From the NCBI RefSeq assembly GCF_009914755.1, contig NC_060926.1: DNA of 64,000 nucleotides, one strand, 5' to 3'. Position 1 is the first letter of the stretch. Every line of letters begins with the position of its first letter. The stretch comes from the human T2T-CHM13v2.0 reference genome, Homo sapiens. Made by a program: the position numbers and the translations under genes. Shown here one piece after another: positions 1 through 17,756 of this stretch. The notes under the pieces are model-generated. The model had not been told where the DNA came from. It searched no databases and saw nothing but the letters and a program-made list of their open reading frames with translations.

Positions 1-399
1 CCATTTGAAACTTTCTAGTAGATTTTTTACTTCAGTTATTGTGCTTTTCAACTCTAGAATTTCTGAACCCACCTACTCCACAAGATTGTTGATGTTATTG
101 TTTGCTTTTTAAAAAAAGTTGTTCAATGATTCAGCTGAACTAATTCTGTAAAGTTAATTTATCTTACAGTGTAGAGCCTCTAATGTCCCTGCTCAGATTG
201 CTTTTCCTTGTTTGTATCTTTTATCTTGAATACCTTGGTGTAGCCCTTGGAGCAGCATAAGTCACTTATTGGTCAAAAGATGTGCGTAAGCCCTTTTAGA
301 CAGGTTTTTACCCTTTACCATTGAATATGCATGTGGCTTGGAGGCCACCATATCAGATCAGAAAGGTTGGGTTTTTGGCCTCATGTTCAGCTAGAGACT

Positions 400-1067
400 T
401 GTGCAAGAAGGTTATATCTCAGGACCCCAAAATCACTAAGCCAAGGGAAAAGTCAAGCTGGGAACTATGTCAGGCAAACCTGCCTCCCATTTTATTCCTA
501 AGTAAGATTATTACAAAGATTAAGAAGCTACATACCTCCCTCACAATTTGCCCAGGAGGAAATTCCTTGTGGGCCTCAAGATCTTTACCCTATAACAATT
601 CTATTGAATTTTACCCTGGCAATGAAAACTAATAGCTTATCTTCACAGGTAGAGGGCAAAAAGTCATTCCTCTGCTCACCTGAGACATATGCATATCTAA
701 TTGCTTCATCTGCCTTATTACTTATGTAAAAATGCAGATTCAGTGAGCCAGACTAAATTGTGTATTCACAATTCACAAAAAGGCTCAGTGAAAGGCTGAT
801 AAAGTACTCAAAAGAATGCAATCTTTGTCTCTTATCTAACTATGACCCGGAAGCTCCTGCTTCGAGTTGTCCTGCCTTTCGGGACTGAACCAATGTACAT
901 CATACATATATTAATGGATGTCTCATGTCTCCCAAAAATATATAAAAGCAAGTTGTGCCCCAACCTCCTTAGGCACATGTCATCAAACCTCCTGAGGTGG
1001 CGTCCTTAAACTTGGCAAAATAAACTTTCTAAATTCTTTGAGATTTGTTTCATATTTTGGGTTCTCA
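400..1067 (+). mobile_element. Solo LTR, MER4A-like (ERV1 class)
   Basis: TG...CA termini, 4-bp TSD GACT (396-399 / 1068-1071), MER4A-type motifs GACCCCAAAATCACTAAGCC and AAGTCAAGCTGGGAAC, TATAAAA at 941, AATAAA near 1019. Confidence 0.8.
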
Positions 1068-1071
1068 GACT

Positions 1072-2854
1072 TTAGCTGGGAACTTTCCTTTCTGATAGCT
1101 CCAGAGGGGGCACAACCTGGGACAAGCACACAGTCTTTCAGACTGGTAAGGATAAGTTTACATTTATTTTTAATTCTGGTCTCCCAGGAGTCACCCCTGG
1201 GTCAGAATAGTTTGTTGTTCAGTCAATGTTTTATCAGAAGTTGTGTTTAAGTCCCGTATGCAAGTTAACCTTTCATCCTATGTTGATGGGTTTGTTTTTC
1301 ACTTGGGATTGCTGTCATGTCTTCTGATTTCTCCTGAGTGGATGCAGCCTATTGCATAGATACTGTCTTCCTGACCCACAAGAAGGCTCTTTTTAGTTGT
1401 GTCTTTCCCTGGTTCACTCTGTTAAACTTTTGGTTGCTCTGAAGTTTTGCTTGCGTCATGGAGCTCCCAGCCTCCTCTAACTTAATGTTCATTATGATCT
1501 CTATTGTTTGTGAAAACAGGCTTAGCCATGGAATTCTCCACTTTCTATTTCAAATAAAGTCAGTCTCCTCAAGAACTTTTGTGAAGCTCTTTGTCTTTAT
1601 GGCTTGACTTCTCCCCTGGGCAGAACTCTGACACTGCCACAACAGTACTGGGGACATGGTCTTGCTTTTCCCACAATGACACTCCCTCTTTAAGTGTAGG
1701 CACTAGATGGTGGGTGGCAGCCCTGGGGTAGACTTGCAAGACATTGCTGGTGTGAAAACTCTGTCCTGTGAGTGTCTTGTGGTGGGGTGATTGGAGCCCC
1801 AGGATTCTTCTTCTACCATGCTTGGGGTAGCAGTTTTACCCTACAAATAGGGGATAGATAGGGCAAGGGACAACCAGTCCTCTTGGCCATGCCTACGTGG
1901 AATATAACTCTTGTAATATGTGGCTGGCGGAGGAGGAGATGATGGTGGGAATGAAGTTATCTTGTTTCTCCTGAGGCTGGATGCTAGGGTCAGAAGGAGT
2001 CCCTCACTCTTAGAGTACCCAGGATAAAGGTTCTGTAAGTTGGAACTGAGGGTGGGGTGGAGGGGAGCGAGTTGTGGCTTAAATGCCACAGACTCTCACT
2101 CTTTTTACTGATATTCAGTCGATTTTCTTGAATGAGTGTTTCTTCGTTTGCTGTATACCCTTAGGAAAATTTCCAGAGAACTTAAATAATTGCTCTAATT
2201 TTTACCTCTTAAATTGTTGTTTCGCTGGTAAGAATGTCCTCTGAATTTCTAACTCTGCTATTCTAGAAGACCTATCTAATTTATATTTTTCATATATTGC
2301 TGGGTTTGGTTTTCTTATATTGCGTTAAATTTTTTTTTCCATTGGTGTTAAGAGTAAAATTGTCAGTAATTTTTCTTTCTATTATTTCTTGCCTAGGTTT
2401 GGTATCAATGTTTATTCTAGCTTCTAGGACGGGTATGGAAATGTTTCTTCCCTTCCTAATTTTTGGAGGAATTTGTATGTGATTATCTTTTCCTTGCCTA
2501 CAAAACCATGTGTGTTTTGTCTTTCTTTGTGTTGGGGCATGATTTTAACCATTGATCACAGTTTTCAAAGGTTATAAATTTTTCAAAAAATATTAGTTGT
2601 TATTTTTCCTCCAGTATTGGTGTGCTATTTTTATTAGAATATATTCATTTTGTTTATTTCACATAGCTTTTGAAATGTAAGTTTATAGCATTCTACCTAT
2701 AGTTTTCTCCCTTTTTCCTTCCTCCTATTGTTTACTCTTTTTGATTCATCTTGCCAGAGGTATAAAAATACTAGTTTTTTTTCTAAGAACCAACATTTGT
2801 CTGTATTTATTCTATTACTTTTTATATTTCATAAACTACCTTTCTATCTATATC

Positions 2855-2886
<32 letters not shown>

Positions 2887-3060
2887 CCTATCTATCTATC
2901 TATCCTCTTCCTCATCATCTCACTGCTTCTTGTTTCTTAGGGATTATTTCCTTGTTTTTAAATTATTCCTCAGCTCACTGAATTTTGGCAATATTTATTT
3001 TTTAATAAAATAATTTTTTACTATAAATTTACCTTTCAGTATTATGTTACTTTCATGTAA
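1072..3060 (-). mobile_element. Old, degraded L1M-type fragments (approximate extent)
   Basis: T-rich sequence with motifs resembling antisense ancient L1 (2070-2240, 2340-2480, 2740-3060). Recognised by eye only. Confidence 0.4.
2844..2903 (+). repeat. (TCTA)n tetranucleotide microsatellite
   Basis: Direct inspection. Confidence 0.9.
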
Positions 3061-3083
3061 CAATTTCTTTTCTTTTTTTGTTA

Positions 3084-3150
3084 TTTTTTTTTCTATTTTG
3101 AGACAGAGTCTTGCTCTGTCACTCAGGCTGGCGTGCACTGGCTCAATCTC
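3084..3150 (-). mobile_element. Short Alu 3'-end fragment
   Basis: tttgagacagagtcttgctctgtcactcaggctgg... Confidence 0.75.
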
Positions 3151-4154
3151 AAAGAAGAAGAAGAAAAGAAGAATTAAGAATTATCAATTATTTTCTCTGC
3201 AACAGAATTATAGATGTTATTATAAGAGAATGATATGCATATTTTATCCTTTTGTAATACAAACTTAGCTCTAGAGATTATAAGATTTAAGCCCAGTATG
3301 TTGAAGTGTTGTGGTAAATGTCATTAATGACAAAGAACTTACTACACTCGTGGTTTGAGGCAATTTTACAAATGACTAGTGATTTCTTGATTTTAATATC
3401 TTCTACATATATCAGATATTGTCTTTTAGAAATCTGTAACTTCACAGAGAAGAAATAATAGCCATAATTTCAGTTATTTAAAGCATCCTTCAACTTTATT
3501 GTATAAAACTTTTTGGGGATAAGAAGAGTTTTCTTTTTTTTTTAATGAGGCTAAAGTCAAAGCCAAATGTTGTGTTTCTGTTTAATGTTATCTTAGTAAT
3601 GTTTCTAAAAGTCTATTGACAATATACATTTTTTTCTCATTAAGTATTTCCCATATAGAGGAAATTACTCACTTTGAATAGGCAGTGAGTGATCACTTTG
3701 ATTTTGAACATTGCATTTTAGAATTAAAGGCATACCAGAGATAATATTCTAAATTCAACATCCCTATTAATGATGGAAAAATCTGAGGGCTAGAATTTGA
3801 TTTGCCTACATTACACAGCTAATTTGATGCCAAAATTGAAACTAAAAGCCAAATGTAAGGACTATTGGTTCCGTTCTTTTTACCTTTTTCATTTCCGCAA
3901 AAAAGGTCAACTGACTTTCTGTATGATTATTAAGTTGTTTGAAATACACAAAAATGGTTTTCTTGTTATTTTACCATATACTAGTTTTTTGAAAATTATT
4001 AAGATATATAAATTTATATAGCCATTATCTTTTGGCTACAATATTTGAAAACCAGAACACCCATTTTTCTCTTCATACAAGTGTTTTCTCTTTATTAGAA
4101 AGCAACCATTTAGTTTCACTTAGTGAATTCAAGTTTTCAAGTTTTATTTCATAG

Positions 4155-4501
<347 letters not shown>

Positions 4502-4854
4502 AATTCTACCTGCGTTTTCAAGATAGAATCCTATCATGAAGTTGCATTATGGAAGTAGTTATTTCAAAAATATGTCAAATTATATTAGCAACTCTATATT
4601 CTGGACAGTATTTTCAGAATATCCTTTAGCTAGGTAGGTATATTTTTAAAAGTATTCTCCCTTTTCAACTAAAGTCTCTTCTGATGATTCTGGAAGATGG
4701 TCATTTAGGTATAATGCATACCAATTAATAGATTCCTTATAGATCACTTGGATAATGATTACAAAGGTTTTGCAAAGCAATATTTGGCATCTCTGTGGTG
4801 TCAGTGAGATGTAGATGTGTAAATTGACTTGAGCAGAAAGAAGCCAATGAATTC

Positions 4855-7481
4855 CAATTAGCCACCTTATATAATTTATTATGGGAGAATTATGAAATAC
4901 ATATTTAGATCCAAATTGTCTTTAAAAATATGCATTACAACTGGAGTTTTCCACTGAGAATAAGAGTTTGGTTTTGACCTCACATAAATCCAAGGGTTCT
5001 TGAAAAAAAAGTTAATATAAATTCTCAATAACTATATCATTAATACCTTATGTATACATAGGAGTTTATATAATGCATTTAAGTAACAAAGAATGTAACA
5101 TTTATTAGCCACCAAGTAATTAGGAGATAGCATCAATTATATTGAAAGAAGATGAGTTTAGATGCTTATAGCCAAGGGAGTTAATTGAAATTGAAAGCTA
5201 TTGTAGGTGGTTACTACTATTATTATCAAACCTGAAAGTTGGAACATGTGAACTTGATCCTTTGCACACATAAAAGTTCACAAAGCTGCTTTTAATTTGC
5301 CTTTGTTCTGTAGTACTGCTTGGTGAATCATGCACTAGTTTGTTGTAAAATTCATGTAAACTTTTATGTATACAAATGTCAGATCAAGCACAGGTTTTAT
5401 TAATTATATATATTTTAAACTGCCAACAGCAAAAAACAAAAACAAAAAACCCCAGAGGCCAATAAGTGAAATGCAATAAAAAATGAAATTTATTCTTTTG
5501 GCTCAATAATGACGTAGCTCACCATTCTTTTTAGCAATAGCAATTCCCTGCATGCAGTTCTTCAATACACTACAGTAAATAGTTTTGTAAAAAGAATTAA
5601 CATTAAACTTTTGGTTTGTGCAAAAAACAAAAATTTATATCATGTTAGGTAATTGCACAACTTTGCCACTTTGTTCATGGCTAAAAAGAACAAAGTCCAT
5701 GTTATATTTGTAATAGCTTTAGTGCAGCAGGAATTAAAAAAATAAGACTAGTCTGCATACGTAAATACTACAAAAGTTGAATAAAAAAAAACATCTATGA
5801 ATAAAAGGTTATATTGAGGCAACCATAGTTGGTAGAAAATGATCTAGGTTTGAGTGTTTGACCAATGTATCTCCTATTGGAATGGTAGAAAATATATTAT
5901 AACAAAGAAATCCATAAAACCCATTATCTAACTTTTATTTTAGGAAATTATCCATTGAAAAATCTTATGGATTCAAAAGTTTGGAATTGTGATTAAAAAT
6001 CAAAAGCAAAAGCATAAAGTAAAATAAATTGTGATGTCATCAACCTGAAAATAATTTTCTTATGTACAAAATGCTGACAAATAAAGTTGATTATATTTTT
6101 ACATTATTTATATTTAAACAAGTTTTAGACATATTTTTAGCAAAATACGAAGAATAGGTTTTGTCAGTAGGCAGTATCCAGTGTGTTTCCTTGAAATCTA
6201 GAGAGATACCATATGATACTCATGTTGAATTAAAAGTGCAAAAGTAAAGGTGTTTGTAAATAGCTTCAAATTATTCTGCTTGACATAATGGACAGAGCAG
6301 GTTGAATTCATTCTATCACCAATATGTGACATTCTTTAACCAAGACTTGTGAAGAATGGATTGAGTAAAATAGAGCAGCATAGGCAATATTAACATGCAT
6401 TAGTGATAGCCTTTAAACTATGTTTAATGAATGATACAGGATACATCCCTGTTGGAAGCTTGCAAAAGACACATACACTGTGGTACATATTTGATTTAAT
6501 AGAAGTTGTTTATCAGGCTATATATATATTTGCCCAAACATGCACCACAGGATAAAATAACTATTTACATAACATAGGGTATTTAATTGACATAGACTAT
6601 CAGCTTTGCTGAGAGCAGAAGATGGCAAAGCAATACTGCAGCAGAAAGTGGAACAACTATTCTAAAGCAATACTTTAGATATATTTTTCTAGAATGGATT
6701 TATTAGATTACTTTTTGGAAAGCATTTGACCTAAATTAAATATAGAGCTCTGAAACTTAGAATAAAATTTGCACTTGCTGAAACAGAATACTTTGCATAA
6801 AAATAATCCTTTAAATATTAGAGGAGACTTTACAGGCACATAACTGTTCAGATAGAAACAAACATAACAGACTAAAATACTTTCAAAATTAAAGCCATCT
6901 AGAAAATGGAAGTAACTGAAACTGTAGCCATTACAATTCTTTTTCTGGTTTTGAGCAAAAATTTTATCTCTCTGGCAAAACACCTTTGTCTGATCATTTG
7001 AGAGACAGGGTTCTTGTATACTGTTTCTTCAACGTAAACCTCATTTACAAAAATAGTGACATAGCATTATGAATAAACTATGAATTGGGGACCATGGAAA
7101 TGCACTAGAACAAATTTTGTAAAAATATGGCAGATATGGAAGTTAAAAATAGAATGGATGCAAGGACTGTACTAAAGGTGTTTGGTGTAGTTACAATGTT
7201 CACTTTGCACAACTATCCCTATAGTCTAGGTAGCCATTGGGTTTCTCCTCAGCAGTGTCAGCTGGTAATAAAAACAGCAACCTCTTGTCAATGTTGATAC
7301 CCTGCTTCACAGAGTTGCAGTGACAGAGAGGTCACTTCACTGTCTTGTATAGGCACTGACTATGAGTATTTGTTAAAACAGTCAGTTTGGCATGGACCTC
7401 CTCTTGAAGTCCAGTTGACACATATACTTTACCTTCATAGGCTGTAAACAATTGATCACAAAGATAATTCTTTGTTTCTTT
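4855..7481 (-). other. SCN3A: SCN3A 3' UTR (~2.6 kb; 3' end approximate)
   Basis: AU-rich stretch with no recognisable repeats after the stop codon, ending at an AATAAA followed by U-rich sequence. Confidence 0.75.
4875..4880 (-). terminator. Polyadenylation signal AATAAA (probable distal PAS)
   Basis: tttatt on + strand; U-rich downstream sequence (ttggcttctttctgc) on the minus strand. Other AATAAA hexamers at ~5101, ~5396, ~5489 and ~5934. Confidence 0.65.
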
Positions 7482-8699
<1,218 letters not shown>

Positions 8700-9520
8700 C
8701 TAAACAGATAATATCTTTCACTTACATGATGGCTTTATCTTTTTTAAGGTCTATGAACACAACAAACTTGTTATGAATATGAGCCTTTATTAAATATTTG
8801 GATCCACTCCCTGACATTAGCAATTACAGATTACAGAGTTTTATTCAGTGATTCTGTAATGTCATAAACCAATATGAATTTTTGCAAAATCCAAATAATC
8901 TCCAATGGTAGCATGGCAATTTAAGATTATATAGACCCAATTTATATGAATTGTTATCCCTACACATGAATTGTGGCAATTACAAACAAAAATATTTCTG
9001 AAATCTCTGAATATATTGTTTTCTATTTTTTAATGATACTCTTCAGTTAGAGAGAAATGGGCCATATTTGACATGAGGTTAAAGTTGAAGTTTCTAAATT
9101 TGGGGTTCTATAATTCCCCATCTCTCTTTTTCTCCTACTAAATCTCAACTCTTCTTTGAAGACCCACCTAGGATGCATCACCTTTATCTCTGGAAGCCTG
9201 TGTTAACTCATTCCAGCAGAGATGGCTACTTCCTCTTCAGTGCTTCTTACAATACCAACTTTATTGCATTACAATGATTTGTTTTTTAAGCCATCTGCCT
9301 CTTTTAGCCTGTGACCTTGGTTTAAGATTAGGAGAGTACCTGATAATGTTTATTTCCTGTCTTCTTCACCTCTTTCCCAAATCTGGTATTCCTAACATGG
9401 TTTCTAACTAGTTAGCTTTGTGAATAAACCCAGGTTTCAGAGTTTTTATTCAAATATGCTAGTGTTGAACTTTACATCTATATGCATTATTATTCTCAGA
9501 CCTAATTTCCATGTTAATCA

Positions 9521-9856
<336 letters not shown>

Positions 9857-10106
9857 CTAGAAAGTGAGAGAAGAGAAATAAGGTTACTATATATATTTCA
9901 TAAAGAATAATGCAGTAAAATTGTAGATAAAGCCCTTCCACATACGGGATGGATGTGCACCCTCCTCATATTACCCCAAACAATTTTGTGTGCTTTTTTT
10001 CTCTTCATGTTAAAAAAAATGGAAAAAAAATTTATATAGCTAAACAAAGCATATTTGGTTTATATAGGTCCTATGGAAAGACAAAGCTGGATGAGACATA
10101 AATTAA

Positions 10107-10404
10107 GGCTGGGCGTGGCAACTCATGCCTGTAATTCCAGCACTTTAGGAGGCTGAGACTGGAGGCTCTCTTGAGGCCAAGAGTTCCAGACCAGCCTGGG
10201 CAACATAGTGAGACCTCATTTCTATTAAAAAAAAATTAGCCTGGTATGGTGGCACAGGCTTGCAGTCCCAGCTACGAGGGAGGCTGAGGTGAATCACTTG
10301 ACCCCAGGTGTTTGAACTTGCAGTGAGCTATGGTCTTGCCACTGTACTCCAGCCTGAGAGACAGAGTGAGACCCTGTCTCTTAAAAAACAAAACAAAAAC
10401 AAAC
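10107..10404 (+). mobile_element. Alu (AluJ-like)
   Basis: ggctgggcgtgg start, A-rich tail, TSD ACATAAATT. Confidence 0.9.
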
Positions 10405-11684
10405 ACATAAATTTGTGACAATTGGCTGATAATATATGTAGTCTTTGCTTGATTTGAATAAGTATGATAATTTTTATAAAAAATAGTGACTACTAATAAC
10501 AAAGATTTACAAAGCAGGTTAATATCAACAGATATTTAGATAGAGAATACACCAATTCATTTATCAATATTTTAGAAATTTTGGTTTATACCTTATTTCC
10601 CTCCCCTGAAATACATCAGTCATATTTCTATTGAATTCTACCTCTCTAGCTCTGTGAATCTATGTATGGGCTTGTTAATTTATCTGTATTTCTTTCCATC
10701 TGTCCTTCTTTACCTATGCCCTGTGCTTTAACAAAAATGCATGACTTTAAACACTTTTTTTCTTTGTCTTATTAACAATCATCTCAGGAACAACATGCTT
10801 TCAAAGATTCTTATATTAATATGGCTAGTAAATACAGTTTTATTAAAGAAATATATTATTAATCATTTAGAGTAAAAACTTAAAACTTCATGGCTTACCA
10901 AAAATCAAAGGTCATGAAGTGACCATGTTTTAATTTTTAAAGAACTCTAGTAAAGTCAGTTCAATCCTTTCCCCTCTTACCCTGCTCCCTCACATTCCAG
11001 CTCCAACTACTCTTATAAATATGGTAAAGTCAAGTCACTTAGAGAATTTATGGGGCCTTGTCAAGTCCCAGTTCTGGCAATTACAAGATTTGTGACTTGG
11101 GGCATGATTCGTATGTTCTTTGGGCCTCAGTTTCCTTACTCCTTACCAATCTCAGAAAATAGCTGAGTTAGAGTCCAGCTCTGTGAACATAATCTGTCAT
11201 TATTACATCATTCCATCATCATGAGGCTCTACAGAGTATGCATTCTGAATATGCCTTATTCTGTTTTGGTGTATTTGGTGAAACAAACAATTTTGATGAC
11301 ACCTTTTCCCTTTCTAAACAGGTTTGGAATATTTTCTAGTCTTAAGAATGGAGGGAGCAGAGAGTATAGAGGGAGGCCTTGGAGAGTGGGATGGGAAGGC
11401 TAGAGGAGGAGGAACCAGGTGTGCTGTTGGTAGCAGGAAAGTGAACCTTGCTTTGGAAGTATTTATTAGGAACCCTGAGCTAGAAGTTTTCAACTCACAA
11501 ATTATAAAGAACATTACCTCCTTTTTTTGGAATGTGGTAACTCCTAATGAGTGCAGAAGTTGTGAATTATGATGCAAAATATGAACTTTATAATTAGGGC
11601 TCAATATTGGTGATATCACCTAATATGTTCTGCTCCAGAGCATTGCTCAATTTGACCATATGGACGCATGGCTTTGGAACATTA

Positions 11685-12980
<1,296 letters not shown>

Positions 12981-13798
12981 CTAAATGATATTGAAAATAT
13001 TAAATAATATGAAAAATACTATAAATACTTACACTAAATCAGTAATTTATTGAGTGCTGTTACTTAATACAGTGCTACTTTTGCCTTACCCTGAGATATT
13101 GTTCTACAAAAACAATTTTTTAAAACTAGTATGATCTAGTAAAATGAAGGTTTGCAAGTTTTATGATTGTTCTTGATTCTCTTTTCCCATTGTGCCTTAC
13201 ATTTAACATATTCTTTAACATAAATACGGTGATATAAGCAGGGAAAACATTTTGAGCCTATTATTAGTCATAATTTTTTGCAGTATTTTCTGTTTGGTTT
13301 TGGAAATGCTGAATTTTGGAAATACGGCTTTAAGAGCAGAACATCAACTTCTAAGAGGAAAATTCAGCACAGATATATTCTGTGGAGTTATTTTTATTTT
13401 TATTTTCTAAATTGAGTGTCCCTGAAACTTGCTTGCTTTTCTGTATCATGATATTCTTGGAAGCTGCTTCACAGAGTCTGGTTTATCATACTCTCCAGGG
13501 ATAGGGAGAGACAAGTTACTTCCCCACTGAACAACTTTTCCACTCAGAATAGTCTCATTTACTGGACCAATCTAATGTCTTAGGATCCATGCAGCTAGAT
13601 ATCGTTTCATATTAGCTACATATTGTATATTAGGCACACATTAATCAAGCATCATCTATATTGAAGCAGACTGTTCATTTTTTATATGCAATATTAAATG
13701 TTCTAATATAGAATTTTGGATGTATCAGTGTTTAAATTACCACCAATATTCACCATAAGAAATCTAGAACCTATAAATAATATTTGAGTGATACTTAC

Positions 13799-13852
13799 AT
13801 CTCGTGAATCAACAGCTGCATACATAATATCCATCCAGCCTTTAAATGTGGC
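13799..13852 (-). CDS. SCN3A: SCN3A exon, DIII P-loop with the K of the DEKA filter (54 nt)
   Basis: acag|GCC...GAT|gtaagt; ATFKGWMDIMYAAVDSRD. Confidence 0.96.
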
Positions 13853-14520
13853 CTGTAAATAACATATATTTGAATTGTTCATAAAAATTTCACCTAACAA
13901 TGACATTTAACCAGATGAAAATCTGACAGTATTATAACAAATAACTTTTTGTACAATATTGTGAAATTTCATATCAAGAGATTGAAATAAAATTGAAATA
14001 GAAAAACATTTGTATTTAAAGTCTGGAACTTGTTTCCTTTTTTTTCTTGAAAGTATTCTATTTTCTTCCTACACTAAAATTTAGTGAAAGACTTTATTCA
14101 TGAAACTGCCATCTCAGTCCCAATTCCCTTATATGTTAAAGTGTAAGCTCTATGATTTGCATTTTGACACATAGTAGAATCATATTTCTTAGACATTGTT
14201 ATAATAAATTATCTGGCTAATAATTTATACATTTAATTCATCACTACAAATATGCATTGTTATTTTAGTACCTAAAGTTGCTCCTTTGGCAATAATTGAT
14301 ACAGAAAACTAAAAATGATACCAGTACCCAAAAATATAACAAAAAAGAAAGCAGAAATATAAAATCACATTAAAACATACTAAAAGCTTAACACTAAGGA
14401 AAATACATTATAAAATAATTGTAACATCTTTTTTATGATCAATTCAAGCTGATATTATAGGTGTTATCATTAACTTTTTTTCATGCTGTCAAATGTTAGT
14501 CATTCAAACGAAGAACATCA

Positions 14521-14856
<336 letters not shown>

Positions 14857-15839
14857 CTAGAAGAGACAGCGAGGGGAACATAGCTTACAAACCTTTTGAA
14901 TGGAAACCATTCCTTCAATGTATTTGTTTAGTATTAATATGTGCTTGAAAAGAGTTAAATAAAAATCTAGGTGGACAAGTTGTTTCTTCTAATTTTTCTA
15001 GCACATATTTGAAGGAAAACAAACAATGACACAACTAAAGAGCTAAGGTTTTAAGGAAAGCAAAATATGCTACAGTATGAAAAGAAATCATTAAAAACCT
15101 GGTATAGTAAGATGGAGTCAGAAAATGTTTGTATGCTGGGGAAAAAAGAATAGAAAGATGCATTAAATGCCAACAGAAAAAATAATCATCTTTCAGTAAT
15201 ACATTTTAATTTTCAAGAGTGTTAATGAATGAATGATAATTTGAAAAAGCCAGTAAACAAACCCTTTGCAAATAAACAAAGTATTAAAAATGCCTTAAAT
15301 CTATATTCTCAGATCAAGTTAACTTTTTATGACTACGAAGAACAGGATTAGGAATTTACTGGGTCCCTTTTTCCCCCTGTTAGTAAATCTCAATAAAAAG
15401 GTTTATTAAGTTAGGGGAAAAAGTGGAATTTATATCTGGTCGTAACAGTACTGGATAAGTTCCCATTATTATTACTTCACAATCTCTTAAATGTTCACTT
15501 TGGAGCACATGCTACTTCATCAACCCAGGCTGACCTATTTCATGAGAGGAAAATTCATTCACTTCTCATTAAATTCAGAAGATATTAAGATGTATTTTGA
15601 AATCTTTATGAAAGTCAACAGTAATTTTTCTTGTCTAATCTAGTTCATATTGGACCATTCTGTTAATCATTTATGTTAAATAAAAGTATTGTTTTATTTT
15701 AAAATACTGCAAACATTATTTTAGAAATCAATACCAAGGAATCTTAAATTGACATCAAAACCAGAAATCCAAAATTGTAAACATTTCCTATGCTACTTGA
15801 ATTTTGTTTCTTTTGGAAGTTAAGCCATATGCATTATAC

Positions 15840-16031
15840 TTGCCAGGGAGAGAATGCATTCACTGGGTTCTTAGTTTCTGTTTCTGGCTGGGCCCGTAAA
15901 GTCCCTTCCTCATCCCTCTTTTCCACTTATCACTAGAGATAGAAACTAAAAACCATGGCTTCAGGCTGTTAGTAGCCTAAAACAATATAGAACAACAACA
16001 ATAACAAAATAAGGCGGGTTGGACAAGTTTG
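15840..16031 (+). mobile_element. MER30B-like hAT-Charlie non-autonomous DNA transposon
   Basis: Ends gggttggacaagtttg like the MER30-family terminus; internal sequence recognised from memory. Confidence 0.6.
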
Positions 16032-16768
16032 GTACACACCACCACAGGTTCTCCTGTTTTCAAGTAAATGCATAATACATTATCATAATTTGCATCTGGA
16101 ATATTAATTGTGCTATATGACTGAATTAAAAATTCTAAACTTTGAATATTTTTCAGATTAGAGAAAATTTATAAGTTTTAAATTTTGCTCAGTTGCTATC
16201 TCCCCTCATAAATGAACTGTTAATAGGAAACATGGAACCAAATGAGAGCTTAAGTATTATGAGTAATGGTAAAAGTTTGGTTTGAAAAGAACTTGAAATT
16301 GTATAGTAATTTTTATGAATTTTATCTTGTCTAACTTTCTTTAGCATTAGCAAGGAAATGAAATTACAATGTAAAAACCAAATATTTCTTTGATTACAAT
16401 GATTCTGGAGAGTCTGGAGAGTGGCTTAATTCTCCCTGATGGGTGAACTTTAAAGTCAAGGTTGAAATATTTTTATTGCCCCAAACCAACCATCTCCTAA
16501 CATCCTAACATGAAAGCCCTATCACCTAGACTAAATTAAATATCCACATGCACTCACAAGCCAGATTAAACAAAACTGGCCTTTGTGCTGAATTCTACCG
16601 AGGGGCATGGCAAATGGGTGGTATCTATAATAAAGTGTGATTTTATGTTTAGATGCATAATATACATATTAAGGAAGAGAGCTGGGGAGGAAAATACAAC
16701 TGCTATAGAAAAAGTGAACCTTATTCAGAATGCTCAATTAGAAAAAAAGATCTATAAAACAAACTCTG

Positions 16769-17119
<351 letters not shown>

Positions 17120-17585
17120 TCACTTTGGATGTTATTTAGCAATTTGTTAGAGGCTAAAATTCAATGTTGTTTCCTTATGCAATAATTTTTATTACTGATA
17201 TTAATTCAAGAAGCAAAGCACACAAAACCCATTTTACCTTTCATTCATTGCCAGTAATTTTGAAGGAATCAAACTATTGAGAGAAAGAAACTCCCCACCA
17301 CGGATGAATGTCAGTAGTCAGTAGTCATTTCAAGGGGTGTAAGCAATGAAAAGAAACAACTGGCAGTCCAAGGTTTTTGAGTGTTGTAGAAACATATTTG
17401 AACTGTGACAAGAAGACCTGGATGCTAGTCTCAGTTCTGTCCTCCCAAAATTCTGAGAGCCTGTTTAAATAAACTCCAGTTTCAGAAGGCTAGGCTTTGT
17501 GATATCTAAGATTTTTGCTCTAATTCTGTAATTCTATGAAATAAATATCAGAAGAGTATGGCACCCTTTTCTATCTAAATCATTA

Positions 17586-17756
<171 letters not shown>

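Noticed and set aside
2049-2066. G-quadruplex candidate gggtggggtggagggg
   Set aside because: One tract has only two G, and it lies in probable old repeat sequence outside the gene.
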